A stretch of 64,000 bases of DNA from positions 17,823 through 81,822 of the forward strand of contig NIVC01003264.1 in NCBI GenBank assembly GCA_002269645.1. Reading direction: 5' to 3'. The DNA comes from Macrostomum lignano (Eukaryota). The stretch's first letter is position 1, and every line of letters begins with the position of its first letter. Below the pieces are notes generated by a model. The model ran no database searches. It had not been told where the DNA came from and worked only from the letters and a program-made list of their open reading frames with translations. Made by a program: the position numbers and the translations under genes. This document shows positions 13,575 to 26,000 of the stretch, one piece after another.

Positions 13575-14220
13575 TCCGCTCACTGAACTGCCGCTATACC
13601 CCTCGGAGCTCAGTGAACTGCCGCTATACCCCTCGGAGCTCAGTGAACTGCCGCTTTACCCCTCGGAGCTCAGTGAACTGCCGCTTTACCCCTCGGAGCT
13701 CAGTGAACTGCCGCTTTACCCCTCGGAGCTCAGTGAACTGCCGCTATACCCCTCGGAGCTCAGTGAACTGCCGCTTTACCCCTCGGAGCTCAGTGAACTG
13801 CCGCTTTACCCCTCGGAGCTCAGTGAACTGCCGCTTTACCCCTCGGAGCTCAGTGAACTGCCGCTATCCCTCGGAGCTCAGTGAACTGCCGCTATACCCC
13901 TCGGAGCTCAGTGAACTGCCGCTATACCCCTCGGAGCTCAGTGAACTGCCGCTATACCCCTCGGAGCTCAGTGAACTGCCGCTATATCCCTCGGAGCTCA
14001 GTGAACTGCCGCTTTACCCCTCGGAGCTCAGTGAACTGCCGCTATACCCCTCGGAGCTCAGTGAACTGCCGCTATCCCTCGGAGCTCAGTGAACTGCCGC
14101 TATATCCCTCGGAGCTCAGTGAACTGCCGCTATACCCCTCGGAGCTTAGTGAACTGCCGCTATACCCCTCGGAGCTCAGTGAACTGCCGCTATCCCTCGG
14201 AGCTCAGTAAACTGCCGCTA
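13575..14220. repeat. 30-bp minisatellite (CAGTGAACTGCCGCTWTACCCCTCGGAGCT), some 28-bp variants
   Basis: About 21 tandem copies. Confidence 0.97.
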
Positions 14221-14488
14221 TCCAACATCGCTCCCGAAATAGGCGGTGTTCAGTTATTTCAGCACCGCTTGTGTGGCACAAGAGCCTGTCAGAAAACAAA
14301 CAGCTTTGAACCTCTTCAGAATTGAATTGTTGCTTCGATTCGAAGGCCCAATGTACTGAAGTATTAAATATCTGAGCTCTCTCTCTCTCTCTACACCTCG
14401 CACATATAGATAAGGATATAAATATATAATTTATATTCCGCAACACAGAAATCCAATTCCCTAGATTTCTGACTGGGAGCAAGGATGG

Positions 14489-14493
14489 AAGAA

Positions 14494-14540
<47 letters not shown>
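14489..14540. repeat. (GA)n microsatellite
   Basis: Direct reading. Confidence 0.95.
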
Positions 14541-14545
<5 letters not shown>

Positions 14546-17358
14546 CCGCGAAGAAAAGTAGAAGCGGATGCGCGAAGAAGCCTGGAGAGCGGTGGCGGGC
14601 CATTAAGGACTTATCTGATTATGAAAGAGGCGCAGCTCTCCAGCATAAATTAATGCCATAGTCTCATTCAGACAGGCGTCATAGCCTTGGGGGCAAGTGA
14701 TGAAGCGAATGTATATATAGAGAAAGAAGAAATGCAGTCTTTCACTAAAACCGGTGGGTCTCCTATCGCCCATAGCTACCAGGATTCGAACGGGAAGAGC
14801 AAGAGAGCTAGGGGGGTTGGGGGTTCCGCGCACACAGGATCGGCAAAATTCGAATAGAGAAGAAATTCGAAACGACTTGCAGAGATTAGCGACATGCCCA
14901 TGGTAGCGAGGGAACTGGGGAGACGGGGGGACGGGACGAAATCTCATTTTGAATCGAGTTGCGGGGGGAGTCAATCTGTATCAGCTCAGCCTTAATCCTC
15001 AGCTCTGTGACTCTCCCTGCCGTCTGTCATTCTCCGCCACTGCTTCGGGACCGAGTCTGCACGCGAGCCTCTGTTGAAAAGGGCCACTGGGTCGATTCAG
15101 GTAAACGGGGTATTCTTTGTGGAGCTCATTAGGATACATTACACGTAAGGGAAGGGCCGTAGCCTACCAGTAGTCTGGCGGCGGCACTGTGATGTGCCAG
15201 CGGCCCAGGCTCGATTCCAAATGTGCAGTCACATTTATTTGGGGCTAAATTGAAATCTCGGCTTGGCTCTTCTGCTCGTGCAATTCACGGCCTTATAATT
15301 GAGGGCCAACCTCCCAGGCACAGTGAAGTGTACATGCCTAACGATAAATAAAGTTAGGGCCGCTGTACACTCCTGTGTGAGTGCCTGTGCGTATGACTGC
15401 GTACGTATCCGCGCGCTTGCGTGCCTGCTAAGGGGGGTCGGCGGAGTGGACAGTAATGCCTCTCGCTGGTTGGTGACAATGTCGCTTAAAAAGTACTTCA
15501 TACACAAGTAAAAAATGGAGATACATTGAGCAGCTAATTGAAGACTCTGTATGAATCTCAATGGCGATTCTGTGCATGCGGAGCTCATTTGTTAAACTGA
15601 AACTCCAAACTGTATTCTGACGGAGACCAAATCACAAAAATCAAGCCGCCCACTCACGTGCAGTCAGGCGAATCGGAGAGAACAGTACGCTTCGCACACA
15701 ATTAGCCAAAGCCCAATAGTGTTTTGTCCGAGGCAGGCAGGATTCTAATGGTCCGGCAGGTTTTACAATTGCTCAGTCAGTTTTACAACCCAGCGCGGTG
15801 TTTTTGGCAAATTAATGCCGTGCTCGCGGGGCTCCATAGAGCGGACAGCCTCGCTATGCTGCTTTTGTGCAAGGCTGCCTGCTGTGAACGGTTTGGCTGA
15901 AGACCAGCCGGATTGGCCAGGCGGTCAGCCAACCACTTAGGAGATGAGAGCCAGTGCGGGGAGCAGAGAGACGGGAGCAGGGAAGCTGCACGGATGCAAG
16001 GTAAGGTGAAGGGGAAGAGCAGGGCGAAACACGTCCGGTACCCGTCGGAGAGGCGCTGGCAGATCGTGGCAGCCTGGGCTGGGAAATGAAAAAGTAGTAG
16101 AAAAAGGCCGTTCAAATTGAATGGGGTGGCGGCTGAGGGCGATGCCGAGCCATTGCGGCTGACTATGCGAGCGGCTGCAATTTTCTTTTTTCCTCTAGGC
16201 TAAAAATAAAACAAATCAAATCAAATGAAGTCTGCATGGCTCAACGAACAGACGAGTTGACGGATGAGAAAGTCGGAGATAGTGAGACAGCCGGCAACCC
16301 GCAGTCTGCAATATCGAATGAGCGAGACAGATTCCTCGCGTAGGACCAGAGGCGTAGTCCCGTGCGAAAGTTGAGAAGCAACAGACAGACCGGAGTGAGA
16401 TGAGGAGCGAGGGAATTGATTTTTTTCGCAACACTCAAACTCCAGCTCAGAGGGCAGAACCCGCCTGGATGATGGGAGCGGAGGGGAATATAGAATGACC
16501 GTCAGTGAGATTGGTTTAGACTCCAAGCTCGCCACACAAGCATTTGTCCTATTTTATTCCATTGGTCCGCCGCTCTACCGGCTGGGTCCACTTTTCTACT
16601 GAGTGAAATGGAGCGGGGGCAGGGAGGGACCGCAGCAACTGGATGCAGAGAGGACTCGTCAGCATGCGGACTTCAGCCAGGCCTATACCCATGCGGGCCG
16701 CCTCCCCTTTTTAACAAAAAAGCAAGGAAATCCAATCTGCATCAAATTAATTGGCCTCGACTTCGGCTGCCAGAATGCGCGGGCGTCTCCTCCGGCAGAA
16801 GCAGCAGTTAATTTCGCTCGGCAGACCAAACTACGTACAAGGCTTGCCCCGATATGGCTGGCTGGGTAGCAACGGAATTCCAAGGGAAAACTTGTTTTCT
16901 GCAGTACGCGATGAAGCCACAACGTTCGGTCGGGTTACAGAGGATGACGCGTTGGCATGGCAACAGAACTTAGCGGACACGGAAACCGGAGATGAGAGAC
17001 AAACTCCTTCGTCTAAGCCCAGCTGTCGCAATTGGTAGCAAAGTTGCTCAGCTGGTTTGAGTTGCACTGACCGAGCGCGATAATTAGGGTGGCAGCAGAG
17101 TATACGAGCTGTGCTCTCGCTGGGCTTGGCTACGAATTTACTGACTGACTCTGCTTTGTCGCGCGCCAAGTTTGCAGTTTAAATTCTCTGAAAAAAACTA
17201 TATAGAACTGCGCTAGAAAGCTTCATGTACTACTTGGACTGATTTGAAAAGTAGAGTATGTTGCTATTAACTACTATCAGTCTAATAATAATACATGCAT
17301 AGAACTGACGTTATGCATGATTCCCTATCTCAATGCGGTGCAACAGCTTGGCTCGCAC

Positions 17359-17618
17359 CAGGGGCGTCGCCAACGGGGGGGGGGCGACACATGTCCCCCC
17401 CCAGTAAAAGCTATGGGGAATGCCAATGCTGTCTCCCTGCGCCCCACTTTGTGACCCGTTATGGAAATCTTGCTTCAGGGCGCCACAATACGAGCTAAAT
17501 GAGTGCCTGCGGCGCCAAAATGAGTGCCTGCGGCGCCAAAATGAGTGCCTGCGGCGCCAAAATGAGTGCCTGCGGCGCCAAAGAACTCCCCACCATAGAA
17601 TCCATGGCAACGCCACTG
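17359..17618. mobile_element. hAT-like MITE with an internal 21-bp tandem repeat
   Basis: Ends CAGGGGCGTCGCCA / TGGCAACGCCACTG (12/14 inverted match; CAG(G/T)GGCG termini are hAT-like). Four internal GCGGCGCCAAAATGAGTGCCT copies. No 8-bp TSD recovered. Confidence 0.55.
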
Positions 17619-17968
17619 AATAACTAATTGTCGAAAATTCCCCATTAACCAGAAATCAAGCGACTTCTCGAAGCATGCTTTATTTATGGAATTTTTCGCT
17701 CAACCGTGCGGCCAGTTCCAGTGATAGTTGATTTATTGCGAGACAGTAAAAAAATCTAAGCCAGATTTGGCGTTGAAACCAAGAAAACTAAATTTGAAAT
17801 ATTAAATTCAACAAATTTCTGAACTTCTCGATTAGATTACGAGAGTAGTGCCTTGAAAAACTTGTTGCTGGAGTTCAGAAAGAGTTTTGCTTCATCAAAA
17901 ACAGTTTGAAGCAGGATGAAGGCTAACTAAGGCGTTTAACCAAAACTACCAGCCGGACTCCCGAGGCT

Positions 17969-18740
17969 TCAGCCGACGATCCACACATCGCCAGTCTCGT
18001 TGGCGAAGGCGGTGGCGAACCTGCTGAGGCGGCAGAGGCCGCTGCTGCTGTTGAAGCGATAGGAGGAGCAGCTGGCAGACCGGGCGCAGGAGGCTGCGCA
18101 CTGCATCAGACTCTGCGTCTTGACGTCCCAGCCCAAGGAGCCGGCGAATTCGGCAGTGGTGACCAGCGGAGGGGCGGCAGCGGCGGCTAACTTGCGGAAA
18201 TGAAGACTCCGCGGGACTGCACGGGGCAAAATGGGTTCTGCCAATGGACGAGACAGGTTGAGACTTGATAATTCAATTATAATCTCAGCTGAATGTGAAC
18301 TCACTGGTTGAGTACACATTCTCGTAGACAGAGTTTCGGTACGATCCGCCGCAGACTTGGCTAGCATTTCCAGCACACTGGTACATGCACTCAGATTCTG
18401 GTGCCGGACCCCAGGAGCCGTAGCTGGAGTCGCAGGCGCAGTAATTGATGCCCTGCACCGCAGAGTATCGAAAGCCGTCGTAGGTGCAGATTTCGATGCA
18501 CAGATACACCGTCATGTCGCTTCTTCTCACAAACCCGTTGAGCATGTAGGTGACGCTAAACGGTCCAAGCTGGGCGATGCCAAACAGACCCAGCATGTCC
18601 CTGTTAGGTAGAGCATAGTCAACAAAGCAGCCGACATAGACCCGAGTGGCCTTGCGCTGGCACAGCGACTCAGAGGCCAGCAGAGCGACTACTGCAACAA
18701 TAGCGAGGCTAAGACGCATGCCGAGTGGTTTTTGTGGCAT
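17969..18740 (-). CDS. Secreted WSC-domain + PAN/apple-like protein; exons 18740-18305 and 18237-17969, about 234 aa
   Basis: Signal peptide (MRLSLAIVAVVALLA), WSC cysteine pattern (YVGCF...MTVYLCIEIC...Q...CAC...C...C.G...QVCGG). A 67-nt GTGAGT...GCAG phase-1 intron joins in frame to SLMQCAASC...C.S..FNSSSGLCRLS. TATAAA about 50 bp upstream. Confidence 0.85.
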
Positions 18741-19331
18741 TCACTTGTGCAGCTTAACAGGGAGCGCAAAATTTGTTTCAATGTCTGCCGCTTTATAAAT
18801 TGGTGATCAAGAAAGCATTGACTGCACACAATAGCCTCTAGAACGGATGCTAAAGCCTGCCGACGGTTTCCTGGCTAAAAGCAAGAAACCGCAGAAGACC
18901 ACCAGCTTCGCTACCGCTGACAAGAAACATTTTCTTTTCTTAAACAAAGTCAAGACGCGAAGATGAATGCCGGAGGTAGAACATTCCGTAGGAAGGCCTC
19001 CGCGCAGAAACAAGATACAGAAAACGAGTTCCACAGAGAACTTCACCGGAGGCGTCAAAGCTGCGCAGTAACGGAAGGCGTCACAGGCACAAAAGAGAAT
19101 CAAGAAAAGAAAAGCAGGAAAATTGGATGCGAGAGACAGTTAGCGGAGTGGGCGTGAGAATGCCAAGAGGTATGGTAATCGGGTACTCGTACACGGACGC
19201 TTATTTTATCTTGCAATTTGTTATGGCGACATTTTTCGGGCTGTGCGAAAGATTTCGCGATCCAAAACTTTATTAGTCTACTAGTCTCAGTAGTCTAAAT
19301 TGAATCTCACAACATCTCTGGTTTTAAGTCA

Positions 19332-19600
19332 GACGTAGTTGAAGCCTAGTGGTTAGAACATCGGACTCACGACTGGAAAGGTTATGGGTTTGGTTCTCGG
19401 AACAATTTGTGCCCTTGAGCAAGACACTTAACTCTACATTGCTTCAGTTCACCCAGCTGAAACATGGGTACCAGCATTAGCTGGGGTAAATGAGGGCGTG
19501 TGTGGCGACCCCCCAGTCCTTGGACTGAACAGCCGTAAGCAGCCTTCAGATGCGCCGCGCAATAGCTGCGGCTGAGCTGTCGGTTGCACATCTGGCCATA
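19332..19600 (+). mobile_element. tRNA-derived SINE remnant with CORE/Meta-like central domain
   Basis: A-box-like CCTAGTGGTTAG, degenerate B-box, then GTGCCCTTGAGCAAGACACTTAAC...CAGCTGAAACATGGG, resembling conserved SINE central domains. Confidence 0.55.
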
Positions 19601-19908
19601 AAACATTTTTCTTAAGCCAAATATTTGCAACAATCATTTTTACAAATTTTCATATTGACATACTGGACCCTCCGACAGGGGGACCGCGCTGCTGCGGACC
19701 ACCGGCACTACCGGATTGCTGGCAAACGAAGCCTGCTTATACATGCAAATGCCGATAAGAAAATGAGTCACTAAAATAACATCTCGATAATTTTCGTAAC
19801 TAAACATTCAAGGCAGTCATAATTACTATAGTTATTATATTAAAGACTAAAGAGAATAGGAACTCAGTACAAAATGCACTATGCTGAAAATTGCTATATC
19901 GCAAGCGG

Positions 19909-20760
19909 CTATTTCTCCGATTCAAATGCAGTTGAAAACTCCACCAGCACTTGTCTAACAGCTTCGGGATCCAGACGGTTGCTCAGCTGATTGATGCTCG
20001 CAGCCAGCCGCTGCTCCGCTGTAGCGCCTTCGGGACCGTCGCCAGCATCGGCTGTCGATGCCAGTTGAGGAAACGCTTCGACTACCCGGCGGCAAAGGTC
20101 GGCCAGCCCGGCAGTCAGCAGCTCAGCGTCGGCTTCTTCTGCGTCCCGGCGAGCCAGCAGATCAGCGACAGCGTCAGCCAGATCCTCGGTGTGGCGAGCC
20201 CGCAGCAGGGCCTCCTCCTCGCGCACGATGACGGAGCGGCGCAGCTGGCGCGCGAGCTTTTCGCGCTGAGCATTCAGCCGGAGAAAATCGTCCGTGAAAA
20301 TCCGCACAGCGCCTGGCGGCAGCGGCGCCTGCCCACACGGCAACTCCGGGCCGGATGCGGAGCCGCCGCCCCGGGCCCGACGTCGGGACTGGCTGCCACC
20401 TCCGCCGCTGCGGGCGCCACCGCCGCCGCCGCCAGCAGCGCGCGAGCGGCCACCTCCCGCTTTTGTCGCGGGTCTTCGGGCAGCTTTGCCGGACTTTGCC
20501 TTGGCCGTCGCAGAGGTTCGCGATCGCTGGCCGCCGCCCCCTCCGCCTTGATTAACCCGACGTGCAGCCGCTGCCCCGTCCTCCATGGTCAAGATGGGCG
20601 GCTCCTGAAAGGCCGCGTTTGCAGTAACGGAAGCAGCGGGTTCTGCTGAGGAAGAAGCGGATGCTGATGTCGATGTTGCTACTGTCGTTGCTGTGTCGCT
20701 GGACATGACTGCTGGATAGCAGGTGCTGTGGGAGGTTGGGGTCAAAGTCACCATAAACAT
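19909..20760 (-). CDS. HMG20A/B (BRAF35)-like coiled-coil protein lacking the HMG box
   Basis: RIFTDDFLRLNAQREKLARQLRRS...EEEA...RHT matches the HMG20 C-terminal IFTEEFL..NKARE.ELR.LRK...EE......H motif. N-terminal half is G/A/R low-complexity. First in-frame ATG after an AG acceptor at 20810. Confidence 0.65.
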   Translation of the reverse strand: MFMVTLTPTSHSTCYPAVMSSDTATTVATSTSASASSSAEPAASVTANAAFQEPPILTMEDGAAAARRVNQGGGGGGQRSRTSATAKAKSGKAARRPATKAGGGRSRAAGGGGGGARSGGGGSQSRRRARGGGSASGPELPCGQAPLPPGAVRIFTDDFLRLNAQREKLARQLRRSVIVREEEALLRARHTEDLADAVADLLARRDAEEADAELLTAGLADLCRRVVEAFPQLASTADAGDGPEGATAEQRLAASINQLSNRLDPEAVRQVLVEFSTAFESEK

Positions 20761-20815
20761 TGTCAGCCCCACTATCCCAGTCTTGAAGTGTCGCTTTAAA
20801 GACACGCACCTGGTA

Positions 20816-21150
20816 TTGTCAGCTCCGAAATCTCACCCCTTGATTGTCAGCTCCGAAATCTCACCCCTTGATTGTCAGCTCCGAAATCTCACCCCTTGAC
20901 TGTCAGCTCCGAAATCTCACCTCTTGATTGTCAGCTCCGAAATCTCACCCCTTGATTGTCAGCTCCGAAATCTCACACCTAGATTGCCAGCTCCGAAATC
21001 TCACCTCTTAATTGTCAGCTCCGAAATCTCACACCTAGATTGCCAGCTCCGAAATCTCACCCCTAGATTGCCAGCTTCGAAATCTCACCCTAGATTACCA
21101 GCTTCGAAATCTTACCCCTAGATTGCCAGCTCCGAAATCTTACCCCTAGA
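20816..21150. repeat. 28-bp minisatellite (TTGTCAGCTCCGAAATCTCACCCCTTGA)
   Basis: About 12 copies. Confidence 0.95.
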
Positions 21151-21743
21151 TTGTTGGCCAGGAATGTTTTTATTGGCTAGTCAAATGCAACCAGGACAGA
21201 TTACAAGAGTCAGCAAATTATTAATAGCAATAAACATGAGACTTTCTTCAGGGCTGAAGCTGGACGATGCGCCCATCATTAATTATATATTATTAAACGG
21301 CAGTTTAGCCGTCACAAACAAGTCAGCAGTTTATATTCTCATGGCCAGTGTTGCGAATAGCATTGGAACCTGGGTTAAGATTGCAGCGCAATGAGCGATA
21401 TGGCAATGATGCAGAAGCACCATTTAATATATTCAGTTAGGAAATTGTAAAACGCAAAGGACAACAAAAAATTGGCATATATTTTATATAGAATGCTCGG
21501 ACTGGAACATGCAGTGCATGGGTACTGTTATAATAAAACCAAGTCAATGCAAAATGCACAACGAAAACCGTGTTTTTCATATTGCATCGGAAAATATTAA
21601 TAATGAAAATGTCCCATCGATACTACTAGACAGTAGGGAAAATAATTGGCGGAGTTTGCATTGAAAATAACAACCGATAGAACACAGATGGGACCAACAG
21701 AGATCCAACAAAGACTAAATAGAACATAAAAATAGAATCCCGC

Positions 21744-23033
21744 TCAAGCAAAAGACTCCCCGTTCTCCTTGTCGCCGCCCTGCCGCGCTGCTGCTGTCGG
21801 AGTCGCCTGCGGCGGCGGCGAGGCGACGTTTTTAAATTTGCGCTGCAAAGCGGCGGCAATGATGGCGGCCGGGTCGCCGCTGATTGGCGACTGGCGCCGC
21901 TCCTGGCGCCGCGGGTCCTGCGCCCGGTTGCGCGGCTTCAGCGGCGTACCGCCGGGCGACTTGTCCTGCCGGGTTGGCCGCAGGCGGACTTTGCCGATGT
22001 CGGCCAGCAGGGCGCCCATGTCGATAGCCGGCATCGTCGGCGGCTTGGAGCCCGACGGCGAAGCTGCTGCGGCACCGCCATCGCCGGCGTTCCGGCCGCG
22101 GCGCGGAATCACTAACGGGGTTGGCGGCGGCGGCGGTGGTGGCGGCGGAGGCGCAGGTGGCGGTGGCGGCGGCGGCGCACGAAATGGCGCCTGCGGCGGC
22201 TCCTGCTTGGCGGAGCTCTCCTGGGCGGACACGAGGCGGGCCACCTGCTCGCGCAGGGCTGCCAGCTCAGCCTCCAGGCGCTGCAGCTTCTCCAGTGCGG
22301 CCGGATCTGTCGATGCTGGGCATTCGGTAACGACGGCGGCGGCGGCCGCCGAACAGGACGAAGTCCTCGGCCGAGGCGGCTCCGGCGTTGAAGCGTCGCA
22401 GAACGGAGAGTCGGCGTCGGCGTCCTCGGCTGCCAATGGCTGGTTGGTGGGGCTGAGACCGTAGCACAGCCGGTAGGGACCCTGCAGGCGCACCATGCGG
22501 TTGGGCTCCTGCAGCTCCAGCCAGGCCGGCTCCTCAGTCAGCTCGGCGCCGCCGCCCCCCTCGCAGTCCTCCACTTCATCGCCCTCGCTGGCCGACGATG
22601 AGAAACCGTCGCCAAAGACCGACGCGCCCAGGCCGTCGTCGTCGTCCTCGGGAAACAGTCGGCCCTCCTCGTCAAAAAGGACAACTGGCGGGTCCTGCTG
22701 CTCAGCGGCGCAGCTATCGTGCTCAAGCTCATCGCAGACGGCTTCATCAGGCGGTGGCTGCAGCAGCGCCGGCATGAGGCGCAGCCGGCCAGCAGATTCC
22801 GAAGTCCGGCAGACCGGCGCCAATCCGGACAGGGCGCGAAACAGGCGCCGTCTGAGCTTACAAATCAAAGCCGGCGCCAGGCAGCTGTGCAGCCAGGAGG
22901 GCAGCGGCTCGGCGGCCAGTTGCAGCAGCCGCAGGAGGGCAGCGGCCCCGGCTAGGCGACTTGCCAGCAGGCCGGCCCTAGCCAGCTGCCGCGGCAGATG
23001 AGGCTGCTGCCACAGTGCGACAGCCTCGAGCAG
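21744..23033 (-). CDS. MTFR1: Mitochondrial fission regulator (MTFR1/FAM54)-like protein; 5' end uncertain
   Basis: ALEKLQRLEAELAALREQVARLV coiled coil, polyproline, MGALLADIGKVRLR and DPAAIIAAALQRKF motifs typical of the family. Frame stays open up to a phase-0 acceptor at 23034. Confidence 0.8.
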   Translation of the reverse strand: MLEAVALWQQPHLPRQLARAGLLASRLAGAAALLRLLQLAAEPLPSWLHSCLAPALICKLRRRLFRALSGLAPVCRTSESAGRLRLMPALLQPPPDEAVCDELEHDSCAAEQQDPPVVLFDEEGRLFPEDDDDGLGASVFGDGFSSSASEGDEVEDCEGGGGAELTEEPAWLELQEPNRMVRLQGPYRLCYGLSPTNQPLAAEDADADSPFCDASTPEPPRPRTSSCSAAAAAVVTECPASTDPAALEKLQRLEAELAALREQVARLVSAQESSAKQEPPQAPFRAPPPPPPPAPPPPPPPPPPTPLVIPRRGRNAGDGGAAAASPSGSKPPTMPAIDMGALLADIGKVRLRPTRQDKSPGGTPLKPRNRAQDPRRQERRQSPISGDPAAIIAAALQRKFKNVASPPPQATPTAAARQGGDKENGESFA

Positions 23034-26000
23034 CTGAAGAGGCGGGTGTAGACGGGGTCATGTAAGCCCAGTATGTCTTGCTTAACAAGGGGAAGTGATT
23101 GAAAAAAAACAAAAAAGATTAACAAAAGAGACAGAGACCCATAGCATCTGATTAGATTCCGTTGAGCATCCATCGATTGCATAGAAAAAAAGCTTTCGTA
23201 AGGCCGGTTTTTAATCCTCTCTCCTAACACGAGAGTTTCAATGAATTTTGAGCATCTCAAATGGTTCAGTTCAGCAGCCCCGGATTCTGAAAGGCGAGGC
23301 CTCAATTTCCTCAAGTAATTGGAACTGCAGTTTAGGGGAAATTTTGATCATTAGGCGGGCGCGATGGACTGGAGAGAGGCGGACAGACGGAGAAAGGGGA
23401 TTAAATTAAAAACAGAAGTCTGTTAAGCCACCATGCGATCGATTGGAAATGGAATCCAGCAAATTGAACTGATGCCACGCCTATGCAGTCAGAAGGTAAT
23501 ACAAGAGATTGAAAATCCATTTGAGTGAGCTTATAAAATGTACTTTCTAGTGGTAAGATTTCGTTTTCTGATGCGTGCGCCGGCAGATTAGAAAAAGCAT
23601 TTTTGATCGATGAGCAAAAAATTTCACTGCGCCCGAAAAAGTTCGACGTCACATATTTTTCCTAGTTTGCAGTGCAAGAGGTAGGGAGGAAGCAAAGTAG
23701 AAAGCACAGGTAAGACTTGTTCCAGATGGAAATTATTATTATTCTTGTCCACACACACACGCACGAACCAATCGGCCGCGCGATTTCTCCGACCAGACCA
23801 AACCGCGAAAAAAGAGGGCTGTGTGTCCAGAAAGAAAAGGCCTGCCTCGCCTTGTTTCTCTCAGCCTCGTGCCTCCGACCTCTCTGCGGGTCGATTCTAA
23901 GAAAGCAAGAACGCCACGGCAAAGAAAAATGCTGGAGGCAACTAACAGAGGGAGAGGCGGCCGCCTGAGTAGGGCGCTCTACAGCCCCGAGCCCCATCAG
24001 CCAACAAGAGTCCGGCGGGAAAAAACTCAACTCTTCTGTCTATCCGTCTGCTTTTTCCGCCGGCAGCAGCTGGTCAGGAATAGTAGGGCCGTAGCCCCTG
24101 CCCAAATTAAGCCGCAGAGTTCGCTGCTTCCCATCTAGCACTGTTTTGCCGTCATCAGTGCCACCGCTTCTGCTTGCAACCCTCGTCAAATCGAAGTACT
24201 GCTCGGCGTACCACATTCTTACGGTTCTTTCTCTCCCTTCCCAAAACTGCTCCGTGGTCCCAGTCCAAGGCATTGATGGTGATTGCCTGACAAACGAACG
24301 GCACATGCAATATTATATTAACGGCTCATGTGGTCGTCCTTTCTCTCTATTGAGCCTGTGTGTGCGTATGAGCGTGCACAAGATCTGTATATTTAATGTC
24401 TTTGAGTTCTCTGACAAGTCTGTATAGCCTATAGCACTGAAGCGAAATCAGCTCCGCATAGCAACCAGCCGTCGTCTTAGAAACGTTTTTTATGAGCGCA
24501 CAGCTGAGCAATAGAATCTGTTGTTATTGGCGTAGCACAATAAGCCACTTCATGTAAAAATGTGCAGTGCAGTTGTGCAGTTTTTCCTTCGACGTAAGCC
24601 AAACTTTTTGTTCTTCGAGACTGTTTCTTCTGCCGAGACGAAGAATGCCAACTCGCGGAGGATGTCATTTTGTCTATTTTGATGCTCCTAACTCGGCCGC
24701 CCAATCGCTCAAATGTCAATTTTTCAAACTTCAGGCTGACTTGCAATTACAAAACACACGAGTATGCCGAACCAGGGAGTTTACTTTCTATGGTAATCAC
24801 TTTTACTTAGCTTTCACAAGCTACCAGCTTGTATAAAATTGTGATGTCTGTTCTCTGATGACTCCTGCATGCACGAAAGGAGTTTCGAATTTCGGAATGC
24901 AAAGCCGTAGTGCAATCGCATCCACCTGCAGCCGAAAAATAAGTCCCTGTGACAGCTGTGATCCCATCCTAGTCCAGTCAGGAGAGCGCGCACTCCGGAT
25001 ATGAATCAATCGATCAATACACTTCATCCAGAACAAAAATGAAGTCATAATAGCGCTCATATTTCAGCTCATGTGAGCCAGCTAGCCTATTGCCCTCGCA
25101 ATTCCTTCTCATTATTGTAGCTGAACTATTTCACATCGTATTAGAAGTGCAATAAATAAGGTAGCACTTGGTGCATACAGGATACATGAGGAGGGAAAGA
25201 ATACTCGCATAACAGAGGGCAGCCAGTCGAGAGCAAGGCGGATCCAACGCTGCCTCACTGACCGTTTAGAAGTCTTATTTGCTCATTCGACTGGAAAATG
25301 AGAGACCCCCACAACGGAAGGGGTAGGCGAGAGGGAGAGAGAGAGAGTTGGCGCGAGTTTAGGCTCCATGGCCTGGGAGGAATAAAGCCGAACAAAAAAG
25401 AAAAGTAAAAAGTGAAGACAGCTTATTTGCACACGCATTGCATTATCATGGATTATATAGCTCAGGCCGCGTTTGTGAAAAGAAAACAGTAGAAAACTTA
25501 ATTTCCTCCTCCCATCGACACAACCAGAGACGCTCTTGTCACTGCGCGTCAATCCTGCCTAGTTTTTTTCTTTCCTGGGCCATGCCGAGTTTCAGTTTGG
25601 CGAGGGAAAGAGAGGGGGAGCGGGACTCGGATTTGATTGACTGTCGCGCTTTCCGGAGACGGGTGGAGCACAGATACGCACGTAGAAGTCTAGAGCATAG
25701 CTCGTATATAGATACGAGAGATCGGGAAGACTATAAAACATCGATGAATTTAGATCAAACAGCCATGCACAACTCTGGGCGGTAGAAACTGGGATATAGA
25801 CTACCCTGAGAAAACTTTTCTACTTCCGAAAAAGTTGGAGATGGGAAGGGTGGCTCAGAAAGACACAGGGATCATTGATTATTTTATCCTCACAGTCACA
25901 GATCCATGTTAGCATTGAGCTACTGGCTTCGTGCGCAAAAAAACCAGACAATACGGAGAATAAACGATGATTATAGACAGGGAGAACAGGAAAACCAAAG

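Noticed and set aside
8565-14220. Regular repeats as possible CRISPR arrays
   Set aside because: Head-to-tail units without unique spacers, no cas genes, eukaryotic context.
13019-17170. Scattered GC-rich ORFs with splice-like signals, including a GLPRYG neuropeptide-like motif
   Set aside because: No consistent exon chain or recognisable domain; the motif lacks flanking basic cleavage sites.
19200-19320. About 100-bp similarity with 35175-35290 (GACATTTTTCGGGCT.TG.GA.AGATTT)
   Set aside because: Real dispersed repeat, but no termini or coding features to classify it; likely a common TE fragment.
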